From Laetmonice hystrix (Eukaryota): 64,000 nt of DNA. The stretch covers positions 23,436,001-23,500,000 of the forward strand of contig OZ249438.1 of the NCBI GenBank assembly GCA_965235115.1, given 5' to 3'. Numbering within the stretch: position 1 is the stretch's first letter; the number at the start of each line of letters is the position of its first letter. Below the pieces are notes generated by a model that was not told the DNA's origin, searched no databases, and was given only the letters and a program-made list of their open reading frames with translations. Below, piece by piece: positions 12,584-26,591 of this stretch. A program made the translations under genes and the position numbers.

Positions 12584-14171
12584 GTATCGCGAAGTGCTGG
12601 TATATAATAGAGATGGTTTTTATCCACCTGTCTCACGGTGATTGTAATAAACCTTTATCGGGTGAATATGACTCGGTTGACACGCCGAGTCGAGTGGTGG
12701 CGACGGGTGAGCCAACGAACGTATGTATGTATATAATGTGTACGAACTCGGACCGGTCAAGCTCGCCTGCCGTGCCTAAGTATATGTTAAGCGGACGAGA
12801 TTTGTGTGAGGAGTGTATAGACGTATTGGACAGTGCGGGAAGTTGCCCTCCCCGGACACACCCAAGGAACTTCCCCTTTCCATTGAGCAGTGGTCGGTTG
12901 TCGACAAGGTGAAGGGACTGGGTGTCCCGGGGCGTCGGCCTAGGTCGACCTGTGACGTCGGGCCCCCGGCGGGCCTGCTCTCCACCCGGTCCCGTAACGC
13001 TGCCCGCCGGGCCAAACCCAGCAGGTGGCCCTACCGTTATTAGGGGAATAACACAAGCGCATATATATGGGAAATGCCTGTCACCGGGTGGGAGGGGTGG
13101 GGGATGTACAGCCTGGCCGGACATGGAGGTGATCTGTATGCTTGCTGACAGCGCGGCCGCCACACAATGGGACAACAACGCCGGCAAGGCACGGCGCCAG
13201 ATGAGAACAAAATAAAGGAAATGTTATTTATATCAACCTATCCCTGTCTAAGTGTCCTTTTTGCCCCAGGTTACTTGTAAGATCCCTGAAGGAGTTGGTC
13301 ATCGATCAGATGCTGAATCCGTGTCTTTAGTTATTAAAATTAAAAACCACTTCATGCCCCAAGAATATTCACATAGAATTGCTTAGTATTTGAAATTGGT
13401 GAGCAATTGAAATTAAATTTTGATGTTTCATGCATATACCGTGCAGGATAATAGAAAGAAGAGGGCGAACTGACAAGGATTACTTATCGTGAGAATATGG
13501 TGCACTGTATGAGTAGCACTGGCCGACTTCAAGAGTATCCGCTTTCCTTTTGGTAGATTCCACCGAGGTTCTCTACTAAAAATGTTATCGGGAGAAATAA
13601 GCAGCCGACTTCAAAAAGATAAAATTCCATGTTTTTCTGGCATTTAGTGTAACGTCTACGGACGGGAATTGGCACTGGGTAGTTGGTGTAGTTGCCAAAA
13701 AAACTTTGTGCACATGTATCAAACGTACTGCGAACTTGGACCAACATGCAACATGGCCCTCAGAGTCCATGGCCCTGATCGAGGATGGGAGGGGGGGGGG
13801 GGGTAGTACGCGGCCCTGATCAAGGATGACAGTGAGAGATGAACCGGGGGGGGGTGGGTTATAGCACAGCAGACTCCACGTTAAAGGGTACATAATTAGG
13901 CCTACTTTCTGTTATTCCACGATATCAATCGATGCTCCCCTTTCATATATACCTTTACCAAGTATTTGTTCAAGTGAAGTCAAAACTAGCACTTGCGCCT
14001 TAATCCCACCAGGATAACCAGTCCTCTCTAACAAAGTACGTTTATTATAAACACTGGATTCATCGCGATACAGAGTCTGTTACTTAGTCAAATTAGCTGT
14101 TGATGGTACGCCCCGTATAACCTGACACCACACTTATTGTTGATCGGACGAATTCACTCTCTCCTTCAACG

Positions 14172-15677
14172 GGTCGGATTCAGAAAGATCACCATGTCCA
14201 CTATAGATCATCGTCCTGTCGCCAAACTACACTAGGTCGGATTCAGGAAGATCACCATGTCCACTATAGATCATCGTCCTGTCGCCAAACTATACTAGGT
14301 CGGATTCGGAACGAGCACCATGTCCACTATAGATCATCGTCCTGTCCCCAAACTACACTAGGTCGGATTCAGAACGAGCACCCTGTCCACTATAGATCAT
14401 CGTCCTGTCGCCAAACTACACTAGGTCGGATTCAGAAAGATCACCATGTCCACTATAGATCATCGTCCTGTCCCCAAACTACACTAGGTCGGATTCAGAA
14501 CGAGCACCCTGTCCACTATAGATCATCGTCCTGTCGCCAAACTACACTAGGTCGGATTCAGAAAGATCACCATGTCCACTATAGATCATCGTCCTGTCGC
14601 CAAACTACACTAGGTCGGATTCAGGAAGATCACCATGTCCACTATAGATCATCGTCCTGTCGCCAAACTATACTAGGTCGGATTCGGAACGAGCACCATG
14701 TCCACTATAGATCATCGTCCTGTCCCCAAACTACACTAGGTCGGATTCAGGAAGATCACCAGGTCCACTATAGATCATCGTCCTGTCGCCAAACTACACT
14801 AGGTCGGATTCAGAACGAGCACCATGTCCGCTATAGATCATCGTCCTGTCGCCAAACTACACTAGGTCGGATTCAGGAAGAGCACCATGTCCACTATAGA
14901 TCATCGTCCTGTCGCCAAACTACACTAGGTCGGATTCAGGAAGAGCACCATGTCCACTATAGATCATCGTCCTGTCGCCAAACTACACTAGGTCGGATTC
15001 AGGAAGTTCATCATGTCCACTATAGATCATCGTCCTGTCACCAAACTACACTAGGTCGGATTCAGGAAGTTCATCATGTCCACTATAGATCATCGTCCTG
15101 TCACCAAACTACACTAGGTCGGATTCAGGAAGAGCACCATGTCCACTATAGATCATCGTCCTGTCGCCAAACTACACTAGGTCGGATTTAGAACGAGTAC
15201 CATGTCCACTATAGATCATCGTCCTGTCGCCAAACTACACTAGGTCGGATTCAGGAAGAGCACCATGTCCACTATAGATCATCGTCCTGTCGCCAAACTA
15301 CACTAGGTCGGATTCAGGAAGTTCATCATGTCCACTATAGATCATCGTCCTGTCACCAAACTACACTAGGTCGGATTCAGGAAGTTCATCATGTCCACTA
15401 TAGATCATCGTCCTGTCACCAAACTACACTAGGTCGGATTCAGGAAGAGCACCATGTCCACTATAGATCATCGTCCTGTCTCCAAACTACACTAGGTCGG
15501 ATTCAGAACGAGCACCATGTCCACTATAGATCATCGTCCTGTCGCCAAACTACACTAGGTCGGATTCAGGAAGTTCATCATGTCCACTATAGATCATCGT
15601 CCTGTCACCAAACTACACTAGGTCGGATTCAGAACGAGCACCATGTCCACTATAGATCATCGTCCTGCCACCAAACT
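14172..15677. repeat. Minisatellite, 63-bp unit x 24 (ggtcggattcaggaagatcaccatgtccactatagatcatcgtcctgtcgccaaactacacta)
   Basis: Unit starts every 63 bp from 14172 to 15621; variation is concentrated in one 12-bp segment. Confidence 0.98.
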
Positions 15678-17135
15678 TTAAATCAAACAACCCTAAAAGT
15701 AGGGTCTTAGGCATGGAACTGACATTATCAGTTGTCCTACCGTTTTGTATGGAACTCTGTAGGTATAAATACTTGAGGGATATAACCAATCAAACTGTGT
15801 CTGTATGACCTTCAACGAGACATGTGAGGTCAGAACATCTGAGTGTGCACATTGAGTTTAAAACAGACTTCTCAGAGAAATCACGGGGGGTTTCATCGGT
15901 AGAGGTTTGCCGCCGGGGCCAAAGCCATTTCGGATCATGCCTGGAAAAAAGGAAGGGTGGGAGGGGTAAGGGAAGGGGATTGTGTTCGTGGGAATTGGAG
16001 TGGGTGAAAGGGGGTGGGGGTGGCGTGGATGGCTGAGGCGTTGTCGGAGCACTTACCTGCATGCTACCGGTGTGTCAGTGATCCTGTCATCCGATCCTGG
16101 CTGCAGCCTGAAATATGATCGCCCATGATGATCATTCTGAAATGGCATCTACTTTCTGGCATCGAATGGATGGCTATCATACACGCAGCATGGCTGGTCG
16201 TCCTGTGGTCGGCCATCAGGTCCAACCGGACCGACCGTCGGGTTAATACTTCATGGTAGTATTTCCACAGATTTGGTGGTAGAGGTTATGGCCACGGTAA
16301 GGGCTAACCCTTCGTGGAGTATTATAATGGGGAATTCCCCGGAAGAGGTAATCTATTTGGGAAGTAATTATGTACGGCTTTAGAATGATTGGTTATCGGG
16401 AACGGAGAAAAGATGATATTTTTCATCCCAAGGTGTACGGATTATTGCGATTCCCCAATGAGTGATGAAGTGAGCTAAATATATGAGTGTGGAATCGGCC
16501 GTGTCAATGCATCCATGCATGTCTGACGGCTGCTTGGACTTAGCGAGGCGATACGGAGACTGTACAACCACTGCATGCTGCAGCAGCTATTTCAGCCACC
16601 CTGAAAGGGGCATGCTATGGAACACGTTTTGGAGGATTTCCGTCAATTATCCAACATGACCGTGTACTTGGGATCCAAGTAAATAATCCTACCACAGCAT
16701 TTTGTCCTCCGACGTGTTTTCGCTGCGTATGCAGCACAAGTAGGTTCTATACGACCAAACCTATAGATTTCTCCCGATAGCACATCTCCCGCCATAATTT
16801 GGCGGACAACCCCCCCCCCCCCCATCAACCCGTGTAATTGCATACTGTGTCACATCCTGTGTGTGCACGCTCTGCATGTGCTTAGTCACGTGTTTTGCTT
16901 AGTTGTAAACAATTCAGCAGTGGCACTCGATCGCCCGGCATCAGAATGCCACCCAAAAAATATTTTACGAAATCGGCAGAGAAGCAGGCAAGGGAGATTA
17001 ATAAACTTCGATTTCTCACGCAAAATGAAACTGATAAGTCTGTCTTTGTTTACTATGCAAGGATCTCTTTATGAAAACAGCAAAAGTTCTATGAAATACC
17101 GATTTTTAACGTTTCCTCATAATATGCCCCTTGAA

Positions 17136-17394
17136 CAGTGATCAGAGTCCACATGACATCAGTGTATATGGTCTGCCATAGTGCGATGATCAGTGACCAG
17201 AGTCCACATGACACCAGTGTATATGGTCTGCCATAGTGCGATGATCAGTGACCAGAGTCCACATGACACCAGTGTATATGGTCTGCCATAGTGCGATGAT
17301 CAGTGACCAGAGTCCACATGACACCAGTGTATATGGTCTGCCATAGTGCGATGATCAGTGACCAGAGTCCACATGACACCAGTGTATATGGTCT
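17136..17394. repeat. Minisatellite, 55-bp unit x ~4.7 (cagtgaccagagtccacatgacaccagtgtatatggtctgccatagtgcgatgat)
   Basis: Units at 17136, 17191, 17246, 17301, 17356 (partial). Confidence 0.96.
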
Positions 17395-17700
17395 AGGTCA
17401 TAACTTGTGTGTACAGGCCTGCCATACATGGTGATAAACTAGGTCATAACTTGTGTGTACAGGCCTGCCATACATGGTGATAACTAGGTCATAACTTGTG
17501 TGTACAGGCCTGTCATACATGGTGATAAACTAGGACATAACTTGTGTGTACAGGCCTGCCATACATGGTGATAACTAGGTCATAACTTGTGTGTACAGGC
17601 CTGCCATACATGGTGATAAACTAGGACATAACTTGTGTGTACAGGCCTGCCATACATGGTGATAAACTAGGACATAACTTGTGTGTACAGGCCTGCCATA
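17394..17700. repeat. Minisatellite, 45/46-bp unit x ~6.7 (taggtcataacttgtgtgtacaggcctgccatacatggtgataaac), abutting the 55-bp array
   Basis: Units at 17394, 17440, 17485, 17531, 17576, 17622, 17668. Confidence 0.96.
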
Positions 17701-19868
17701 TTATTGCCAAGGTTCTATCGACATATCTTTAATGTACAGGTGGGTACAGAACATCGCTGAGTGTTGTGCCTGAAAGAGATCGATCTATGACCATGTAATA
17801 ATTTTCAAAAGTTGCACAATCAATGCGGCCGAGCGGTCCGTTACTACGTCAGCGTTTCTAAAGGAAGACCTCACTTTCTAACTGCGTTATACCCTGGTGT
17901 CCACAGCATGCTGTCAGCAAGTGGCCATGTAAATGTGTGTGGTGGTGGTGATGGTCGAGGGGGGGGGGGTCGTGTGTGTGTAGGAGGAGGCTTTGTGTGA
18001 CACTTGTATTAAGCCTCGTGGTTCAAAGTCAAGTGAATGCAAAAAGGATCGTAAATGTTTATGGAAAAGATTGGAGTCACCAGATCAGAACCCGAGTACG
18101 ACAAAGCCTTTGTCTCATTTTTTATTCGTCACAGACAAAGCAGGACGTAGCATCTCCTTCCCCCTAAAAAGAACAAACTGGGTGGTAAAAATCCTAAATG
18201 GCCTGAGAAGTTTCACTGTCAGGTTTGAGAGCATGAGAAAATGTTGAGAGGGACAATATTTGTAGATTGTGCGTCTTGGTCCGTTGGTTGATTCATGTTA
18301 GGTAAACAGTCATCAACAAGTGTCGTCGATTTCGTGTGGAAACCAAGACTCCGCGGATAAACTGCTATTGTTGAACATCTCAGTCACCTCTCGCTTTCAT
18401 GGCACATGATGGATTTCAGTTGACTTGAGGAACCGACAGACTTCCTCTGGGCTTCTTTATCCCGAAAGATTCGACGAAGATGCACTTAAGAAAATTGGTC
18501 ATTTTTCCTTAAGCGCGCTCTCGAGTCTACTCTTGTCAGCTTGTCGTCTGTGCGAAACCTGATCTCGCCGTTTTCATCTTTCAACTGTCAATATACAAAA
18601 GTCAAAACATTTTCAATGTTGAATGTGCAATTGTTCATCCGGCCTGGGTCTGCTCGTGTCATAAGTCAGTATTGTGTTCGTAGATGGCAAATGTTGACCG
18701 ATTGTGGCGGTTAAATATTTTCTCAGTCGGGCAGCACCAACGTTATTCTAACAAAGGGGACGGGGCCTATAGTCGCACCGTATTCGGTACACACAACGAC
18801 ATTGTATAACGAACGGGGGGGTATTCGGATTTTGAGTGACAGCGAAATGCCTCCGGCGCGGCCACTCAGTATAAGCACACTTGTAAAGAATATATACATA
18901 CATACATTATTATCGAAGGGAGGTCGGTGGCACAGCAGTGACCACCGGATTCGCCGTCAGGGGGAGGGGTTGTGCTACCTTTTGGTATCGTGACGTGATA
19001 CCTACACCGACAAGCATCACCTGATACGGCAAGTCTTACCATTTGGGAGGACTTGACGCGCTCACCAGTTTTTGGGTATACGTGAACACGATATGAACCC
19101 ACGTGAAAGCGCTTCAATGGAATCATGGCGGCAGAAAATCGAGATGATAATATATATTACATTTCTATTGGTACAATCTTGCCTTACACTTCCGTTAGTG
19201 CCGACCTCGTGTTTTTGTATACACTTGAGTAATAGCTCTGAAAACTTTTTGGGGGTTTGCTTTAATATAAAAGTACAATGTCAATGGGTCCACTGTTTGG
19301 AGTGTCATATTCGGGACATTAACAGAAGCGGGATTGGTTATTTCAACATAAATGTTGTATGAACTTATAGTATAGCTTTTTGGGGGAAAAAACACATTTT
19401 GCTAACTCAATTACAGTGAGGATGTATTGGTGTTATATTTACTACCCCTCCGTACCCCACACCCTACATCTCAGTACAATAGCCTACATGACGTATACAT
19501 AAGTTGGGCTACACGGACGACTCGCCTAACTATCAAGTTGGGTATAGGTCCTTGGTCGAACAGCGCTGAAAGAACCAGGGAAGGCGGGGACTCTGGACCT
19601 TGTCATATTGATAAGATAATCTGCGAAAAAAGTAAATTATACCACAAGCTCTGTAGGTTAAATACAAAAATTATGAGGAACCTGCTCTCTGACTTGATAA
19701 AAGCTGCATGTGGAACCAGCTTATAGTACATAATGAGAAGTCCTCCTTCCCCCCAACAGGAGACTTTACTCGGTATAGTTTGTACACTTAGATTAAGACA
19801 TTAAACAAGTGAGCAAAGTAAAACGTTTTTCTTTCATTCTCACTATTCTTTTCTGTAACTTTCTCCAC

Positions 19869-19934
19869 AATTAGTATACATTCTCATAGGTAATCAGGTA
19901 TAATTAGTATACATTCTCATAGGTAATCAGGTAT
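19869..19934. repeat. Exact 33-bp tandem duplication (aattagtatacattctcataggtaatcaggtat x 2)
   Basis: Two adjacent identical copies. Confidence 0.9.
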
Positions 19935-21229
19935 ATACTCTTTTTTACTCACATATGGTCGACAAAGAATTCGGGTTGATTTCCAGTTTAGAGGCTATCC
20001 TTTGTTTCCCGTTTTTATGCCAAAATATTTAAGCAAGAACATTTAACCAGGATGGTTTGAAAATGTACGTGGATATGATTGAAACTTAAACTACGATATA
20101 CCATGTATTATAGTTGGTTATAGTAAGTTGGGCCGCAAAGTACAGGTGCTCCCTTCCAACGGCAAGAATTATTCCTATGGGAGTTTGAATTAACTCCGGC
20201 ACAGTCGGCTTCCAAAAAGCCCCCCTAGCAAATAAATGAATGTGTCGACCCCGATCAAATATCAGTTCTTCTACAAAGAAATCAGTTGAAAAAGCCAGTT
20301 CGGGCAGCCTTTGTAAGGCGATCACCGATCTGTGGTGCGGGTCGGAGGGGAGACGGCCCGGGCCCGGGGACCCACCGGTAACGGGAGGGTGCCAGAGACG
20401 GCACGGCAACCACCCACCTTCTCTCCGTCACACCAAATCACACCTGCTGTCGTCCCCGGCAGCTCAATGAAATGCTTCCCAATCTCACACTTGTGAGAGA
20501 AAAGGCTTATCTAGATCGAGATGGGAGAGAATGATAGGTTCCGATGCGGTTCAGGTGACAAGCTGGAATCGGACACCGAGTCTTCAATGGGACCCGCAAG
20601 AGCCTGGAATAGGTGACAGGTCTTTAGATAGGCCCAGGAAATTAAGGTCCAAATGCCGTGTGAAATTTACATGGTAGATAGCTGTTCTTTTTGTGTGCCG
20701 GACGTCCCAGCATACGCCATCTGCGGCACACCGGGTGCGACTTGAGAACCGTTACGTCTCTGCCTCGAGAAGTAAGTACTACAAGTCGTCTCTTTAAATA
20801 AAGACGGTGTGGTGTAGAACAAAGTCAACTTATTTATGTTCATGTCTTTGGTTGGTTATAATGTCACCATTTTGAACTATTTTAACCTTATCCTGAAAGC
20901 AAAGTGAAAATAGGGGCATCCCTCTTCTGATTTATATCATATTAATTTCTTCATGTATTGACGCTCATGTCAGAATATTTGCGCCATTTTCGCATTAATT
21001 TATTTGACACAGTTTAGTTGATGCCCTGTCATTATATAGGATCAATGTGAAATTGCAATTTTTTCTCCTTTTTTTTCTTTTTATAATTATTTTGAAATTT
21101 CATACGAGGTGCTTTCAGTGCACTACGTCCCCAAACATTTTGAATAGCTGTTTGGATTGTTTACCTTCTGCTGAACACGCCTGGTCTGTCACTATAACTA
21201 CAGAACAAAATCAACTGCCCCTCCATACT

Positions 21230-21280
21230 CCCCTGCCCCTATCTCCCCCTGCCCCTATCCCCCCTGCCCCTATCTCCCCC
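21230..21280. repeat. C-rich 15-16 bp repeat x 3 (ccccctgcccctatct)
   Basis: tgcccctatc at 21234, 21250 and 21265. Confidence 0.8.
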
Positions 21281-21775
21281 CGCCTCCCTCTGCCCATGTA
21301 CCCCTCCCCCACCCTCTCCCACTCCTTCCATTGCTGCATGCGGTTATGTAGAACACAAGAGTCGACGCATTCTGTGCGGGTTTGGGAGATTATAATCACA
21401 TGCAAAGGTAAACGTGAAAGGGACGTGCCGGGAAAGAAGACGAGGAGGGAGGCGGAGGAGGGGGAGTGTGGTCTCTTATGTATACAAGGGCGTAAGCAAG
21501 TTCTTTTTTTCAAGAGTATAAATGGTCGAGATCGCCTGGTTCAGAAATTGGAAAAGGGGCGTCGAAAAAATTGAGATTGATTATACAGGAAAGGACACCG
21601 TCTCTCCTTTTTGTACCCCATCCCGATTTGTCTACGCCTATACGGTAGCTATATAGTGTGACCAGTCGACAGCTTGCCGTCCGGCTACATACTTGTCTCT
21701 TTTCAATGGAGTAACGTACGCCACCTATCAGAATAACAAGGCATAAAGTGATGGTGGGCGTAGTTGTGGCTTTGT

Positions 21776-21961
21776 NNNNNNNNNNNNNNNNNNNNNNNNN
21801 NNNNNNNNNNNNNNNNNNNNNNNNNNNNNNNNNNNNNNNNNNNNNNNNNNNNNNNNNNNNNNNNNNNNNNNNNNNNNNNNNNNNNNNNNNNNNNNNNNNN
21901 NNNNNNNNNNNNNNNNNNNNNNNNNNNNNNNNNNNNNNNNNNNNNNNNNNNNNNNNNNNNN
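21776..21961. other. Assembly gap (186 N)
   Basis: Run of N, abutting a GGYT microsatellite. Confidence 0.99.
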
Positions 21962-22342
21962 GGGTGGATGGTTGGCTGTTTGGTTGGTTGGTTGGCTGGT
22001 TGGCTGGCTGGCTGGTTGGTTGGCTGGTTTGGCTAGCTGGCTAACTGCATGTTGGGTGGTTTGGTTGGTGGTTGGCTGGCTGGCTGGCTGGGTGGCTGGC
22101 TGTTTGGTTGGGTGGCTGGCTGGTTGGTTGGCTGGCTGGTTGGTTGGCTGCTTGGCTGGCTGGCTGGCTGGTATTGGTTGTTTAGTTGTTTAGTTGGTTG
22201 GTTGGCTGGTTGATTGGCCGGTTGGCTGGTCGGTATAGGTTGGTTGGTTGGTTGGTTGGCGGGTTGGTTAGCTGGCTGGCTGGCTGGCTGACTGACTGGT
22301 TAGTTGGCTGGTTGGTTGGTTAGCTGGTTCGTTCGTTGGTTG
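21962..22342. repeat. Degenerate (GGTT)n/(GGCT)n tetranucleotide microsatellite
   Basis: About 380 bp of interleaved ggtt/ggct; probably continues into the gap. Confidence 0.95.
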
Positions 22343-24626
22343 GCCTGGGAGAAGGGGAGCGTAGTAATGAAACCGTACACCTGTACATGTGTGTATACGG
22401 TGCTCAGGCGAGGTGCCGCTCCCAGAGGGGCGCTTGTAAGCGGTCGTCAGCGCTGGTAACTGTGTAGATATAGTCTGTGTTTACATCCAAACAAGTTAAC
22501 AGCCGCCGTCAGCTCAGGTGTCAATAGATCCAAAGAACTTATTTACTCTGGCTACGATGGCGTCGGAGGCAGTTTGAGTTCGATACAGATCCATTCAGCG
22601 GGGAGGGCATGGCGCACATGTCAACTTGAGGAACATTTTAAGGGGAAACACAAAGATCTATAAGATGTGACAATAGGCAAATGGATCATCTTCCTACTTC
22701 CAATGTGAAATCAAGAAGCACCATTAATTATTTTTGTACAAGGTTACTCTATCGCATTTGAAACGGGAGTACATCCGATTGCCAAAATGCTCTATGGCAT
22801 TCAGTTTCCCAATTACAACACAAAACAAAACGGAAAGTTGAAAGCGGATATAAAGCCTCTCTCCTCAACCGCTGACAAATTCGATCTTGACTCTTTAAAA
22901 TTCTTAAAAGAAACACGTTTCCTGGAGCCGTCACTAAATCTGGCATGGAGATCTTCAATTATTAAATGTCGGAGAGTTGTTGAGGCGATCTTTATAACGA
23001 GCGCATCTCCACAAAACAATTACTATCACAGTGGCATAATGAATTGTACTCGAGTAAATTTCATTCAGTATAATTAAAAAAAATAAGTAAAGGCTGCAAA
23101 ATAAACCACTTCTTCACACTTTCCCCTTACTTTTATTTTACTTTCACTCTCTCTGCTCCTTTCTCTTTGAACCGGAGGTTTAGTTTTGTCCGCAAAGACA
23201 AGCTAGATTATATCGAGAGATTCCCACAGAGGACATATCCCCGGTTTGGATAGCATGAAGAGGCCACGTACTTAGTTGGGTGGGTGATCTTGAGGTCGTG
23301 GTACAGAAAACTCCAAGACAGCAGTAAATATCGCGCCTTCCCGGCCGCCCCCTCGCGAACACACCTCACGAGGTCGCCTGGAATACCAATGACGGCGGCC
23401 GGCCGGTCTATACTTTGTCAGGGCCAAGGGTTGGGGTGAGGGGTGATGGACTCCGTTCTCCCTCCGCCCCCTCCCCCAGCCCGCTCCCAACCCCCTCTCA
23501 CTGAATCTGCCGCCTTCGTCAGCCAATAGAAGACCTCCATCTCTACAGCTGCCGTGTATCCCTGCATCAGGAACAACCAATGCATGGCCTAAAGGCCGGG
23601 TTAAAATACAGGTATATCAGTTAACAAACCCCAAAATAAAAAAAAGCCTGTACAAGATACTGTCGTAATCAAAGTTCGGTCCTAACAACGAGTCTATACT
23701 CGTCGGTCCTAACAATCGGTCCTAACCAGTACGTAAACTACTCAGTGTTAGTCAATCCGATACCATGATGTGCTAGCGTAACCATCGAAACAAACTTTCC
23801 CGTATTTGTAGTACTTTGCACTTCTGGAACTATATTCTTCACGATCGCGTAGTGTTTCTACCAAATCCTTGTTGGTGATTCACTCACTAAAGTCTATAAT
23901 CTTTCACTTAAAGTGACGTTAATTGTCTTCCAGACGCCTCAACACGTCGTCCAGTCAATGGTTGCCCTTTAGTTTAGTGGTGCTCATTACAGGAGAAGGA
24001 CATCAATTACATGGGTCTTGTAAGGATGAACGACCGACGATGGGCAGACTGAAGTGGATGCATGCCTGAAACATGGGCCGGTGTCGGTGACGGATTTGTT
24101 GCACACGTCTAGTGACTATAGGGGAGCCTAATATTAATGTGCCAACTCGTGTCAATTTCATGGGAAAACCGACGCGCATCCCCCGCTGTCGGCGTAGAAA
24201 CGTGATTATACTCTGTTTGTTTCAATAAGGAAACTCGATCGCTGTCGCATGCCCCCAAAGGCACGTGCGCACGCCCATATAGTGTATCCTGTTAATAAAA
24301 GTCCTTTGTTTAAGGTTTCCGTCGACTCGAGCTTAAAACACTTTAACTGGTGGCAGCTCCCATCTCACCTACAACTTACCCCCCCCCCCCCGCCGCCTCA
24401 TCCAAACTCTCCGCCTTCTCTCGTTCTTTCCAGTAGTTATATTGATGACGTCATCAATCTGTGCTGACGCGTCCGCTACCATACAGATGATTGGTTTCGG
24501 GCTCCTACATGTACATGTCAATTTCCCATGTACAGGGACCGACTGCTTACTATCGTATCTGTCAGCAAGGCAGAGGTTAGCTATACTGGATCGAGCAGGT
24601 TGGAGAACATTATTTGAAACTAGCTA

Positions 24627-24810
24627 CAGGGCCGTGTGTCGGATTTTTTGAGGGGGGGGGGGGTGTTACACTTGGGCCGGGGGAAACCATGCTATAGGGG
24701 GATCGGGGCATGCCGGAAAAAAAGGTGCAACTTGGCGGCATTTGGTGCATGGTGGGGGATTACATACACCCCCACCCCCCCCCCCCCCACCCCACTTGTG
24801 CACGGCCCTG
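24627..24810. mobile_element. MITE-like non-autonomous DNA element with 10-bp TIR (CAGGGCCGTG...CACGGCCCTG)
   Basis: Perfect 10-bp terminal inverted repeats, G12 near the left end, C14 near the right end; no clear TSD. Confidence 0.6.
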
Positions 24811-26490
24811 GTATATGTAGACACCATGATCCCATTAGGGCATATATTAATCCCCGACCAATACGGAGATTAGCGACACTATCTTTAATTCATGTTCCAT
24901 ACATGGAATCTCCAGGATGTCGGGACATTACTCTGCGCCACGTTACGTAATGATCATGTCACATGTGACATCCGAAGTTAACGCATGGGTTCTGGACTCG
25001 CGGCGCTGGCTCCCGGCACGTGACATCCGGTGACCGTACGGACCCAACCAAACACGCTTACAGAGAGCTGCGGAAGTCATGACATGAGTACAGGTAATGC
25101 CTTACATCACCGCCAGGTGAGAGTAATTAAAGATCCGCTCGGCTCATTAAAGTCGATGGTCATCCGTCCAACCTCAGCTATCAGGCAGGCCCTTGAGGAA
25201 CGTAAAGGTTGGGTGACGACACCTCCGAGATGTTGGCCTGTTCTCATGTATTCTGGCAATCATCAGCTCGTTATGTATAGGCTTAATTGGAAGACAGTTG
25301 AAATGTCTTATGTTATTATTGCTATATAATATGCCTATACGTATAGTGAAAGTGGGGAACCGTCCTGCATGCCATTTTTAGAAATGTACCCTCCTAGGCC
25401 CCTGCATGCAAGACAAAGGGTCCTTCCGAACCTCGATCTCACCCTCCCCCTCCCCCTCCCCCCTCCCGAAGTTTGCTGCTGTGATTTTTGTCTTGCTCAC
25501 ATTCCTGGCACATGCATGTAACTTTTCATGCAGCTGTCCTCAGTTCTTTTAAAATCATTTCCTTCGTTTAGTTTTACTAGAAATTAAACTTTAACATGGC
25601 TGACCAAGGTTTCAGCTAAACGCCCCTCAAAGCGTGAATAGTTGATTGGTGTGGACACTGACTGTGCATGACGCTGCAGCCGCCGACGTTCTCGGTTACG
25701 TGGTGTGACGTCGTGAAACGAAGCGCCGCGCTGGGACAATCACAATTAATTTGTGCGCGCCCTCTCGGGCCAAGCGGACCAATGAAAGGGACGCTAGCCG
25801 ACCACATGAACCCTGTAGTCTAACTTATTGTGTCCATTACACAACTCTGTAGTCACCAAGAGCTTTCCAACTGACTCAAGCACCTGCGGTCTGCGCTCTC
25901 GTGGAGTCAACAACAAAGGAGAACTGGCTCTCAGTAAAAGTCAAAAAGTACTGTTTACTGTAAATTACATACCCGACACCATGGCACGCTAAGAAAGATT
26001 CCGATTTCAGGGCAGGGGAATCGACCCCGTGTCTCATTTCACCGCCCAGTGGCACACCCGCTGTCTGCATTCGCCACAACGATAAATATTTGGCTATTGT
26101 CAACACTGTGGGCGAAGTCGGAGGTAATTTTGATTCAATTTCGAGAGAAAAGAGTCTGATTGTACGTTAAGTAAGTGCCGGTCAGGCTTTCCGTCGTCAA
26201 TGGCGAGGCGCGGTGTCCAGCACAACCCTCTAATTGTCGAAGTCAGCGATGAAGAGTTCGGCTGAAGGCCAATCATCAGACATTACAGTTTTCACTTAGT
26301 TCTGTCATTAACTCTGTAAAACAGGAACTAGTGTTCACAAACTGTGCAACGTTCAAACAGTGTGTACTAGGACTTTGATGGTCACCGATCGTTATATTTG
26401 GTCACCATCAAAACGTTATCCCCGGCCTCGGACCCATGGGTTCATCTTTCATATAACTTGTAACCTTGTCAGGCTAGGCCTAGAGGATAT

Positions 26491-26591
26491 TTACTTACCT
26501 ACTTACTTACTTATTTTTAATTATATATATTTATTTATTCATTCATTCTTTCATTAATTTTTTCATTTATTTATTTATTTATTTATTTATT
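26491..26591. repeat. Compound (TTAC)n / (TTCA)n / (TTTA)n microsatellite
   Basis: Read directly. Confidence 0.85.

Noticed and set aside
19040-19132. Minus-strand candidate first exon (GCCGCCATG...ATG|GTAAGA; MIPLKRFHVGSYRVHVYPKTGERVKSSQM)
   Set aside because: Good start and donor signals, but no downstream exon could be identified; such signals occur by chance.
22750-23080. Possible Penelope GIY-YIG (RRVVEAIFI) or LINE 3'-end (QWHNELYSSK) remnant
   Set aside because: Only short motif-like words in different frames; too weak to call.
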